DNA of 64,000 bases from an uncultured Pseudomonadales bacterium. GTDB taxonomy: Bacteria > Patescibacteriota > Microgenomatia > UBA1400 > PJMF01. The first letter of the stretch is position 1. The number at the start of each line of letters is the position of its first letter. The DNA is taken from NCBI GenBank assembly GCA_964633875.1, contig CAZWKL010000005.1, positions 12,412-76,411 on the forward strand, written 5' to 3'. This document shows, one piece after another, positions 1 through 7,750 of this stretch. The position numbers and the translations under genes are program-made. The notes under the pieces are model-generated. The model was not told the origin of the DNA. It ran no database searches and saw nothing but the letters and a program-made list of their open reading frames with translations.

Positions 1-39
1 TCCGAAGACAAGTGCTCTAATCCACTGAGCTACTGGCGC
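1..39 (-). tRNA. partial tRNA (5' half; anticodon loop reads TCG, possibly tRNA-Arg) cut by the window edge
   Basis: The reverse complement, GCGCCAGTAGCTCAGTGGATTAGAGCACTTGTCTTCGGA, has a canonical acceptor 5' strand, a D-arm (TAGCTCAGTGG...GAGC) and an anticodon stem-loop start. The 3' half lies outside the window. Confidence 0.4.
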
Positions 40-846
40 TTGAAAGCATATTGTACCTCAAAAGCCTGGCTGAGTACACAAATCTTACCCCCAGACAAAA
101 CCAAAAAAATCTACTATAATCACCTAGTAATTATGGAAATTAATTACTACCCCCTCATCAACAAAGTTTACCGCTTACTCAATCTCAAAAAAGAGATCTC
201 TGACGATGAAGACTACGAAAGCTCTTTTATCGTGCCTTTTATTACCGTCGCCCGTGAGCCAGGCAGTGGCGGTGCGCCGATTGCTAGGAGAGTGGCGGAA
301 AAACTCAACTTTGAGTTCATTGATGAGCAGTTGGTTGATGAAATCGCCAAATCCACCAAAAAACGCAAGCAAATCATTAGCGCCATCGACGAAAAGAGCA
401 GAACTAAGTTTGAAGACATCGTTCACAACCTTTTCAATACTGAGTATGTTGACGACTACAAATACATTTCAGAACTGGCCAAACTGATTCTGGCTCATGC
501 TCACAAAGGCAGAACTGTCATCCTGGGCAGAGGCGCCAATTTTATTACTCCTTTTGCCAAAGGCTTACATGTTAACATTACTGCGCCCTACGAAGTCCGG
601 GTGCAACGGGCGATGGATTTTGAAGGCCACACTCGAGCCACAGCCAAAAAAGTGATTGCTAAAGTCGAAAAAGAGCGCCGGGATTTTGTTCAACAGTACT
701 TCAAAAAAGACCTTACCAAACACAACGCCTATGACTTAACCATCAATACCACCTATTTCCGGGTAGAAGAGGCTGCCGACGTCATTATCGAAGCTCTCAA
801 AAGAAAGTTCAGCCGCTCTTTCCCGAGACTTGGGAAACGCATCTAA
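40..846 (+). CDS. cytidylate kinase-like family protein (P-loop NMP kinase fold)
   Basis: 268 aa ORF. The motif ITVAREPGSGGAPIARRVAEKLNFEFIDEQL resembles the N-terminal nucleotide-binding region of the cytidylate kinase-like family. Confidence 0.6.
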   Translation: MKAYCTSKAWLSTQILPPDKTKKIYYNHLVIMEINYYPLINKVYRLLNLKKEISDDEDYESSFIVPFITVAREPGSGGAPIARRVAEKLNFEFIDEQLVDEIAKSTKKRKQIISAIDEKSRTKFEDIVHNLFNTEYVDDYKYISELAKLILAHAHKGRTVILGRGANFITPFAKGLHVNITAPYEVRVQRAMDFEGHTRATAKKVIAKVEKERRDFVQQYFKKDLTKHNAYDLTINTTYFRVEEAADVIIEALKRKFSRSFPRLGKRI

Positions 847-880
847 TTGTATTACAATACAGTCTTGTTGATATGCTAAT

Positions 881-964
881 GCCGAAGTGGCGGAATGGTA
901 GACGCGCACGCTTCAGGAGCGTGTGGAGGCAACTCCGTGGAGGTTCAAATCCTCTCTTCGGCAC
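881..964 (+). tRNA. tRNA-Leu(CAG), type II with long variable arm
   Basis: Acceptor GCCGAAG/CTTCGGC; D-arm GCG-GAATGGTAGA-CGC; anticodon stem CACGC/GCGTG with loop TTCAGGA (anticodon CAG); long variable arm; T-loop TTCAAAT. Confidence 0.85.
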
Positions 965-970
965 AGACAA

Positions 971-2419
971 ATGCAACAAACCCAAAAAATTATCACACTG
1001 CTCCTGGCTACCTGCTTCCTGGCATTTGTAGTTTTGTCCTGGTGGTTACTGTTTCGTGATGAACGAGCGCTGGCAGGTATTGGGTTTTTTTATCCGCATT
1101 TGGCTGGCTGGCTTTTTGCCACTCGCACCTGGCTGCTTGACCGAAGCGTCAATTTGTTACCCACGCTGTTGTTTGCAGCAACCAGCCTGGTTGCTTTTGC
1201 TACTTACCTAGTCAGCTTAAGACTTAATTTTTCTAAGCGCACCAGTATTACGATGGCGTTAGTATTCCAAGTTGTGGCTTTTTTTTCATACCCGGTGTTG
1301 TCTACAGATATTTTTTCTTACATTTATTCGGATCGGGTACTTTTTGAGTACGGCCAAAACCCGTGGGAAGTTGCTCCCGGAAATTTTCCTGACGATTCTT
1401 TTGGCTTGATGGCAGATTGGACCGATCAAACCAGAGTTTATGGACTAGTCAATCAAATAATTTACTGGCCGGCTGCTGTGATTGGGGCGGGGCAGTTGCT
1501 CTCAACAGTGCTGAGTTATAAATTAGTAGCAGTGGTTTTTTATCTGGCCGCACTGGCTACTAGCTTAAAGTTAGTCGAAAAATGGCCAGAAAAACGCCAG
1601 GCTTTGCTGGTTCGGGCTATTTTTTGGAATCCTCTAATAGTACTGGAATTTGTGTCATCGGCCCATAACGATATTGCTATGATTTTTTTCCTATTATTGA
1701 GTTTGGCTTTTTGGAACAAAAAAGTGTGGTTTTTGGCGGGGATGCTGATAGCTTTGTCAGTGCAGGTCAAGCTTATTCCTGTTTTGGCCTTTGGTTTTTT
1801 CACGCTACAATTGCTTCAAGAGAAAAATCTCCGCGCGCTTACTCAATATACATTGAGTTTTCTGGCCGTTAATTTCCTGTCGTTTGCACTCATGGGTATT
1901 AGCCCGCTGAGTTTCCTTGAGCGCGTGCTTTACAACACCACTGTTTATTGGCAGTCTTTACCCGAATTAGTTGAGAGATTCTTGCCTGGAATTACAATGC
2001 CATTTGCCTTGATTTTTGTAGTAGTTGTAGCCGCGTTGGCGGCATTACAAATCAAAAATGGCTGGCCGCCGCTTAAAACTACCGCTCTGGCTTTAGCGCT
2101 GTATCTGGTTTTCTTTTCTGCCGCTAATTGGAATTGGTACATTCTTTGGCCATTTGTGCTGATTTTATTCTTGGAAGAGAATAGTGGACTCAAAAATTAC
2201 CTGTTATTGGCTACCGGCACTGCGCTGATGGCTTATCCGCTGCTTTGGTTTTCACACCGGTTTGGGTTTGGCCACCCGGCTTGGTCACTTGCAACCTACT
2301 TGCTTATCTTTGTCTTGCCCCTTATAGCAATCAAGATTAACAACGTTAAAAAACTGCGGCACACACCTTTACTCGGGGAGCATTCTCGATTATACTATGG
2401 CACATCATTTAACAAATAA
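971..2419 (+). CDS. polytopic integral membrane protein, GT-C-like glycosyltransferase candidate (DUF2029/GT87-like)
   Basis: Long ORF with more than 10 predicted hydrophobic helices. The six-frame ORF starts at 923 inside tRNA-Leu, so I moved the start to the first ATG after the tRNA (971, MQQTQKII...). Confidence 0.45.
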   Translation: MQQTQKIITLLLATCFLAFVVLSWWLLFRDERALAGIGFFYPHLAGWLFATRTWLLDRSVNLLPTLLFAATSLVAFATYLVSLRLNFSKRTSITMALVFQVVAFFSYPVLSTDIFSYIYSDRVLFEYGQNPWEVAPGNFPDDSFGLMADWTDQTRVYGLVNQIIYWPAAVIGAGQLLSTVLSYKLVAVVFYLAALATSLKLVEKWPEKRQALLVRAIFWNPLIVLEFVSSAHNDIAMIFFLLLSLAFWNKKVWFLAGMLIALSVQVKLIPVLAFGFFTLQLLQEKNLRALTQYTLSFLAVNFLSFALMGISPLSFLERVLYNTTVYWQSLPELVERFLPGITMPFALIFVVVVAALAALQIKNGWPPLKTTALALALYLVFFSAANWNWYILWPFVLILFLEENSGLKNYLLLATGTALMAYPLLWFSHRFGFGHPAWSLATYLLIFVLPLIAIKINNVKKLRHTPLLGEHSRLYYGTSFNK

Positions 2420-2501
2420 GCCCAGGTGGTGGAACAGGTAGACACGCAGTCTTGAGGAGGCTGTGCTTAACAGCGTGGAGGTTCAAGTCCTCTCCTGGGC
2501 A
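2420..2501 (+). tRNA. tRNA-Leu(GAG), type II
   Basis: Acceptor GCCCAGG/CCTGGGC; D-arm GTG-GAACAGGTAGA-CAC; anticodon stem CAGTC/GGCTG with loop TTGAGGA (anticodon GAG); long variable arm; T-arm GGAGGTTCAAGTCCTCC. Confidence 0.85.
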
Positions 2502-2702
2502 CTATGAAAATCTGCATCTGCTCGTCGATGGCTTTTTATCCTCAATGACATTATCAAGATAAAATAATAAACCATGACAGCAATAGAGATTGATAGTTTC
2601 CATTAGCCTGGTAAAATATAATCATTATCGGGAGGAGGGTTCTAATAAGAGTCGTCCCCACACCAATACCAGTAATTACTGCTAATTGGTTTTAAAAATA
2701 TT

Positions 2703-2942
2703 GTGATGGCAGACTATAAAAAAGGACCTCTGGTCATATCAATAAAACAGATTAAGGGTGAAACTCCTGCGAAGATCACTTTCGTTGGTGAAAAAGAGGA
2801 CAAATATCCGAATAATCTGTATATTGACGTTACTCCAGAAGAAGCAGCAGAAATTCGTAGCACTGGACAACTACCTGTATCAGTACAAGATAAAATATCA
2901 GAAAGTCAGCACACTCTGCCACCAGATAACTCGGCCGCTTAG
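2703..2942 (+). CDS. hypothetical small protein (79 aa)
   Basis: ORF in an AT-rich intergenic region with no recognisable motif. Its 3' end overlaps tRNA-Val by about 10 nt. It may be spurious. Confidence 0.25.
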   Translation: MMADYKKGPLVISIKQIKGETPAKITFVGEKEDKYPNNLYIDVTPEEAAEIRSTGQLPVSVQDKISESQHTLPPDNSAA

Positions 2943-3006
2943 CTCAGTTGGTTAGAGCGTCCGGTTTACATCCGGGAAGTCGGGGGTTCGAGTCCCTCAG
3001 CGGCCA
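2933..3006 (+). tRNA. tRNA-Val(TAC)
   Basis: GGCCGCTTAGCTCAGTTGGTTAGAGCGTCCGGTTTACATCCGGGAAGTCGGGGGTTCGAGTCCCTCAGCGGCCA. Anticodon loop TTTACAT gives anticodon TAC. Confidence 0.85.
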
Positions 3007-3011
3007 CATAT

Positions 3012-3060
3012 GCCAAGCTAGCCAAGGTGGTTCCGCCTACGGCGGATCTGAAAAACATGA
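3012..3060 (+). pseudogene. degenerate 5' fragment copy of tRNA-Phe carrying a TCCGCC-TAC-GGCGGA hairpin ('decoy')
   Basis: The first 20 nt (GCCAAGCTAGCCAAGGTGGT) are identical to the tRNA-Phe 5' end at 3093. The hairpin TCCGCCTACGGCGGA (3032-3046) then replaces the D-stem/anticodon-stem segment. The 14 nt TCTGAAAAACATGA is shared with the anticodon loop region. No T-arm or acceptor 3' strand follows. Confidence 0.7.
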
Positions 3061-3092
3061 AACGCTAGCGATTAACAAACGATTTGATACAA

Positions 3093-3168
3093 GCCAAGCT
3101 AGCCAAGGTGGTCACGGCGCATGTCTGAAAAACATGAGATTGAGGTTCGACTCCTCAGCTTGGCACCA
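3093..3168 (+). tRNA. tRNA-Phe(GAA) with encoded CCA
   Basis: Acceptor GCCAAGC/GCTTGGC plus ACCA; anticodon stem CATGT/ACATG with loop CTGAAAA (anticodon GAA); T-arm TGAGG-TTCGACT-CCTCA. Confidence 0.8.
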
Positions 3169-3170
3169 TC

Positions 3171-3199
3171 AAAAAACGCCCTCTCGTTGGGCGTTTTTT
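3171..3199. terminator. bidirectional rho-independent terminator
   Basis: AAAAAACGCCC-TCTCGTT-GGGCGTTTTTT: GC stem flanked by an A-run and a T-run, between the convergent tRNA cluster (+) and the gene at 3213..4028 (-). Confidence 0.7.
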
Positions 3200-3212
3200 C
3201 TTCCAACTGCGT

Positions 3213-4028
3213 TTACTCTTTCCACTGTGCGTTTGCCTTCTTATGATCGGCCTCATCGGCAACATCAAACCAAATTCCCTGAAAAATAAAAGCGCTCAGC
3301 TCTCCGTTTTCGGCCAGTTTAGGAAAAATGTCTGCCTCCATGCTGGCCACTTTGCCCCTGGGAATAGCCGTCAAAACCTCCGAATTTAGAACATAAATGC
3401 CGGTATTAACAATACTAATACCTTTATTGGCGCCCCTCTCCATAAAACGAATGATTTTATTGCCATGCAGAAAAGCCTGGCCAAATTTTTTCTCACTCAT
3501 TCGCGGCTTAACCCCAATCGTTGCCTTCGTATTTTCGCGCAAATGAAACTTAATCAAATCTTGAAGATTAATATCTGTCAAAACATCGCCGTGAATGACC
3601 AAAAAAGGATTGCCTGTCACATATTTTTCAGTCAATTTAAGAGCGCCGGCCGTGCCCAGCGGCTTTTTTTCCTCCACATAGGTAAGCTTCACCCCAAACT
3701 GGCTGCCATCGCCAAAAACTGTTTTAATCTGTTTTTCGTAAATACCGCCACAAACGTAAACATCAACAATTCCATGCTTCTTGAGATTTTCCAAAGTAAT
3801 GGCCAATAAAGGCCGGTTGCCAATTTTTTTCAGCGCGAGCGGAGTAGCTAATTTTCTCTTGCCACCAGCCAAAATCACCGCCATCGACACTGTTGGCTCC
3901 ATGCTGCTACGAATCAGCAACTCAATCGCGTGAGAACGATTACGCACTGCTTTGCCATCCACCAAATCATCAACCTTGGTTAAAAGCTCTCCGGGTAAAG
4001 TAATTGTCAACCTGGACTTGTGCCTCAT
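3213..4028 (-). CDS. sugar-phosphate nucleotidyltransferase with N-terminal ribbon-helix-helix-like segment
   Basis: MAVILAGGKRKLATP...(G-rich NTP_transferase signature) plus the core nucleotidyltransferase fold. The roughly 45 aa N-terminus (LTITLPGELLTKVDDLVDGKAVRNRSHAIELLIR) looks like a CopG/RHH domain. Confidence 0.7.
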   Translation of the reverse strand: MRHKSRLTITLPGELLTKVDDLVDGKAVRNRSHAIELLIRSSMEPTVSMAVILAGGKRKLATPLALKKIGNRPLLAITLENLKKHGIVDVYVCGGIYEKQIKTVFGDGSQFGVKLTYVEEKKPLGTAGALKLTEKYVTGNPFLVIHGDVLTDINLQDLIKFHLRENTKATIGVKPRMSEKKFGQAFLHGNKIIRFMERGANKGISIVNTGIYVLNSEVLTAIPRGKVASMEADIFPKLAENGELSAFIFQGIWFDVADEADHKKANAQWKE

Positions 4029-4091
4029 AGGTCATACTTTATCATACATTAGACCTGCAGCAAAATCAGTCGGGGCAAAATTCGCTTAAAA

Positions 4092-5123
4092 CTATTCCGC
4101 AGCACTGAGCTGCAGTTGCTGGTTAAAATATTGCTTCTCCATAGCTGAGCGAAAGGCATTATATTGGGCAGTAGGATTATCGGCTGTATCAAGAAAACTA
4201 AAACCGGCAAACGGCCCGGGCGAGCCTTTCAAAATAAACGGTGTCACCGCTGCCACTCTGTCATGCGACCAAATATGCTCAAGAGCGTAAACATAGTAAG
4301 CGGGCAACCAACGCCTGAGAGCAGAGCTTTCCTCCCAGCCGGTTTCAGTGATATAAACTTGCAAATCTTGCTTAGTTTTACCTGCCAAAAACTGTAGCTC
4401 ATACTCGAAACCATTCATGCCATTTTTGGCTTTTCTCTGCGGTGAGGCCGCGAAACCAGGATTAGGATAAGAGTGCGAGTTCCAAGCATCAGCATAAGCA
4501 AAAATCTCTGGGTCAAACTCATGCATCCGCGTTAAATAATTAAAAGCTTCCATAGTTTCCGGACCATTAGGAGCGGCCAAATCCATCGCTGCCGGCATCA
4601 CTACAAACGCACTGTCCACCGCGTGAGCCCAACTGCTGGCAAAACGAAAAACCCGGGCGTAATCAATCGGATCAATGACGCCACCCCATTCCTTAGCGTG
4701 ATTGACCTCGTTGTAAATAATGATGTGTTTCTGCTGAGTGGGCCACTGAAATTGACTCAAGGCATTGATCTGATCCACTGTATTTTTGCGGTTGGGAATA
4801 GTCCAGCCCTGGCCATCCATGGTAGAGGCCAGTCTGACAATAGGAATAATTCTGTTTTCCTTGGCTTCATCGAAAAACTTTTGCCACTGAGAGGTTTTGT
4901 CAATGTCCTCAAGAGTGTAGGGCACCGTCACGTAATGCCAATTTTTATCTACCTCATGCATCCGCACCAACTGCTTGGCATCCACTATTTCTTCAGGATG
5001 AAGAATATGAATACCCATCTTAGAAACATTGGCTGCGCTGACCTGAGCAGGAAACACCCACAGCCCAAAAAACAGCAAGCTGAGCAACAATTTTTTCATC
5101 ATTGTAATATTATAGGATATCAT
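4092..5123 (-). CDS. secreted glycoside hydrolase, clan GH-A (GH5-like TIM barrel)
   Basis: Signal peptide MMKKLLLSLLFFGLWVFPAQVSA. NE in IIIYNEVNH and E in ITETGWE match the acid/base and nucleophile motifs of GH-A enzymes. Confidence 0.5.
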   Translation of the reverse strand: MISYNITMMKKLLLSLLFFGLWVFPAQVSAANVSKMGIHILHPEEIVDAKQLVRMHEVDKNWHYVTVPYTLEDIDKTSQWQKFFDEAKENRIIPIVRLASTMDGQGWTIPNRKNTVDQINALSQFQWPTQQKHIIIYNEVNHAKEWGGVIDPIDYARVFRFASSWAHAVDSAFVVMPAAMDLAAPNGPETMEAFNYLTRMHEFDPEIFAYADAWNSHSYPNPGFAASPQRKAKNGMNGFEYELQFLAGKTKQDLQVYITETGWEESSALRRWLPAYYVYALEHIWSHDRVAAVTPFILKGSPGPFAGFSFLDTADNPTAQYNAFRSAMEKQYFNQQLQLSAAE

Positions 5124-5253
5124 ATTTTGCTTGCACAGTCCATACTGGCCTACTTCGGCCCTTACTTTTCTTGCTTTGCTATACTAGCATACAGACACGG
5201 TTTTTAGAGAAAATAATTGTAATAATTGTGTAAAAGTCGAAGCTAGTAAAATT

Positions 5254-6021
5254 ATGAAAGCTGTCTTTTTAGCTTTTTCCTGGATATTGCTTTCCTCTGG
5301 AGTGATCCTTACTGGTATCGCTGGGCTGCAGTTTTTTAATCTGGCTGAAGCGATTAAGCAAACTGAAGAAACACCGTCAAATGTCTTAATTTCTTCCTCT
5401 CTGGACGAATCGATGAGAATTGATGGCGCTAGTGCCGCCAATATGGCTGCAATTATGGAGGCCGGCGACGCCAGAGCCCAGATTATCGCTAATTTCCTCG
5501 AGAGGCATAATTCTCCCCTCAAGCCGTACGATTATTATGGTGAGTTTTTGGTTGAAACAGCGGATAAATATGGCCTGGATTTCCGGTTTTTGCCAGCCAT
5601 CATGATGGAGGAGAGCAATCTTTGCCGAGTGACACCGAAAATCCGCACCAATCCTGACGACCCAGATTCCGGTTTAGCCGAAACTTATAATTGTTTAGGT
5701 TTGGGTGTTCACTCGAGGGGAACTTGGGGGTTTAAATCCTATGAAGAAAATCTGGAAAAAGCTGCCGAAATCCTCAAAAAAAATTATATTGACCAAGGCA
5801 GGCTGACAACTTATCAGGTAGCGCAAAAATATACCGCCAGCGTGGATAAATGGACCAACTCGGTCAATCAATGGATGGCGGAAATGCGCTATGACGACCG
5901 AGTTCTAGGGCGTTCCATGAAAGAAAATACCGATGTAACCGAGTTTACCGGCAGCAGCGCCACGCCCGCTGCTACTCTATCGCCCGAAACTGATTTGGTG
6001 CCACTCGACTCACTCGAGTAA
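5254..6021 (+). CDS. membrane-anchored lysozyme-like/SLT-like protein (hypothetical)
   Basis: N-terminal TM helix. LPAIMMEESN resembles the catalytic-glutamate motif of SLT domains. Confidence 0.35.
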   Translation: MKAVFLAFSWILLSSGVILTGIAGLQFFNLAEAIKQTEETPSNVLISSSLDESMRIDGASAANMAAIMEAGDARAQIIANFLERHNSPLKPYDYYGEFLVETADKYGLDFRFLPAIMMEESNLCRVTPKIRTNPDDPDSGLAETYNCLGLGVHSRGTWGFKSYEENLEKAAEILKKNYIDQGRLTTYQVAQKYTASVDKWTNSVNQWMAEMRYDDRVLGRSMKENTDVTEFTGSSATPAATLSPETDLVPLDSLE

Positions 6022-6154
6022 AAAACAACTTTTCCTCAAGAGATATTATTATATAATTTGATATATTTTAATAGGTTATTGACACTTATAGACATTTAGT
6101 ATATATTTTGATTACCTCTGAAGGTTCGACCTCACCGGGACGTACGTTCAGAGA

Positions 6155-6188
6155 CAAAAAAACCCTGGCTTCTGGCCAGGGTTTTTTG
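6155..6188. terminator. bidirectional rho-independent terminator
   Basis: AAAAAAACCCTGGC-TTCTG-GCCAGGGTTTTTT, between the gene at 5254..6021 (+) and tRNA-Leu (-). Confidence 0.7.
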
Positions 6189-6195
6189 TTTTGAG

Positions 6196-6277
6196 TGCCA
6201 CGGGTGGGACTCGAACCCACACGGCTTGCGCCACACGATTCTAAGTCGTGCTTGTCTACCAATTCCAACACCGTGGC
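6196..6277 (-). tRNA. tRNA-Leu(TAG), type II
   Basis: Reverse complement: GCCACGGTGTTGGAATTGGTAGACAAGCACGACTTAGAATCGTGTGGCGCAAGCCGTGTGGGTTCGAGTCCCACCCGTGGCA. Anticodon loop CTTAGAA gives anticodon TAG. Confidence 0.85.
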
Positions 6278-6346
6278 TAGATAAAAAAAGAGCCAGCTAT
6301 ATTCTACAGGAGCGTGATAAAATTGGCGAGTAACCGGTAGCAAACC

Positions 6347-7024
6347 ATGTCAGCCATCACTTATCAGCATCGCGTCAATCCCAGAGCTAAAAGGCTAATT
6401 ATGAGGGTGGAGCCGGATGGTACCGTCTTGGTCACCACACCCAGATTTACCCCGCAAAAAACCATTGCCCGTTTTGTTGAAGAGCACCAAGACTGGATTA
6501 CGGCTGAAAAAAACCGGCACCAAAATAAGCCACGGCCAATCACTCAAGATGAAGTGATGGTTTTTGGCAAAAAATACACCAAGACTTTGCGTTATTCTAG
6601 CCAAGTGCCGGTAGGAGTGAAAATTGTTGGTGACGAGCTCATCCTCAACCCCACCGAAAATAAATCATCCTGGGGTAGAAGCGAAAATAATTTACTGAAA
6701 AACTACCTCAAGCACACTGCCGAGAGATACATTCTTCCCAGAACCGCGCAATTTGGGGAAAAAATGGCTATTACCTATGGCGCTATCACCCTGAGAGAAC
6801 AAAAAACCAGGTGGGGTAGTTGCAGCAGCAGAGGTAATTTAAACTTCAACTGGCGGTTGGTGCATTACCCCCCGGAAATCATTGATTATGTGATCATTCA
6901 TGAGTTGGCTCACCGGCAACACATGAATCATTCTAAACAATTTTGGCACTTGGTGGCGGAACATGATCCCGCCTACCGCGTACACAGGGGGTTCTTGAAA
7001 AGACAGGGAATGTCGCTAGGATAA
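6347..7024 (+). CDS. YgjP-like (DUF45/M48-like) metal-dependent hydrolase
   Basis: WRLVHYPPEIIDYVIIHELAHRQHMNH contains an HExxH motif in a context typical of YgjP/SprT-like proteins. Confidence 0.65.
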   Translation: MSAITYQHRVNPRAKRLIMRVEPDGTVLVTTPRFTPQKTIARFVEEHQDWITAEKNRHQNKPRPITQDEVMVFGKKYTKTLRYSSQVPVGVKIVGDELILNPTENKSSWGRSENNLLKNYLKHTAERYILPRTAQFGEKMAITYGAITLREQKTRWGSCSSRGNLNFNWRLVHYPPEIIDYVIIHELAHRQHMNHSKQFWHLVAEHDPAYRVHRGFLKRQGMSLG

Positions 7025-7029
7025 AGTCA

Positions 7030-7707
7030 ATGTTAATAATTCACGGAGACAATATCATCCAATCCAGGCAAAAGCTCAAGGAGGCGCTGGATCAAGCTAG
7101 GCAAAAGGGGCTGGAAATTGTCAGGGCGGAAGCGAAAAACCTCACTGAAGCGGCACTGGAGGAGCTTTTGGGAGCGACTGATTTGTTTGGCACTGGCAAT
7201 TTTATTATTATTGAAGGCCTCCACTCCCTGCCCCGGTCGAAAAAAAAAGATGCGCTCATTGAACAAACTGTTTCACATCAAACCGACAACCTGGTGCTTT
7301 GGGAAAAAAGAAGTCTCACCAAAACCATGCTCAAAAAGTTTCCTGCAGCCAAAGTAGAGGAATTTAAATCCAGTAGCGCCACTTTTAAATGGTTGGAGCT
7401 TTTGGGCACTCCTAGGCAAAAACAAAAACTTGAGCTGCTGCATCAAGGCATCGCAGCCGATAGCGATTACTTTTGTTTTATCATGCTGATTAGGCAAATT
7501 GGGCTGCTGATCCAGGCAAAGGATGGTGGCAAAATCGCCGGCCCGCCGTTTGTGGTGCAAAAAATTAAAAGCCAAGCGGCCAGACTCACCATGGCACAAC
7601 TGCTCGAAGTTCACGAAAAACTGTACCAACTCGATCTCAGGCAAAAAACTTCGCGATCACCGCTCAATCTGGCTCAGGAACTTGACCTGATCACTTTATC
7701 GTTGTAA
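7030..7707 (+). CDS. holA: DNA polymerase III delta subunit-like (short HolA)
   Basis: N-terminal pattern LIIHGDNIIQSRQKL...LTEAALEELLGATDLFGTGNFIIIEG matches the HolA N-domain consensus. Short at 225 aa. Confidence 0.5.
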   Translation: MLIIHGDNIIQSRQKLKEALDQARQKGLEIVRAEAKNLTEAALEELLGATDLFGTGNFIIIEGLHSLPRSKKKDALIEQTVSHQTDNLVLWEKRSLTKTMLKKFPAAKVEEFKSSSATFKWLELLGTPRQKQKLELLHQGIAADSDYFCFIMLIRQIGLLIQAKDGGKIAGPPFVVQKIKSQAARLTMAQLLEVHEKLYQLDLRQKTSRSPLNLAQELDLITLSL

Positions 7708-7750
7708 ATTGGAGAAGTTCATACTTTTTCATACATTGCGAAGGAGCATT

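Noticed and set aside
923-970. Upstream extension of the membrane-protein ORF (MEATPWRFKSS...)
   Set aside because: It would be translated from within tRNA-Leu(CAG). The first ATG after the tRNA (971) is used instead.
2948-3289. 113 aa ORF (+) spanning the tRNA-Val/decoy/tRNA-Phe cluster and terminator
   Set aside because: It overlaps three structured RNA elements and a terminator. Its composition is driven by the tRNA sequences.
6086-6343. 85 aa ORF (-) over tRNA-Leu(TAG) and the terminator
   Set aside because: It lies wholly within a tRNA and its terminator hairpin.
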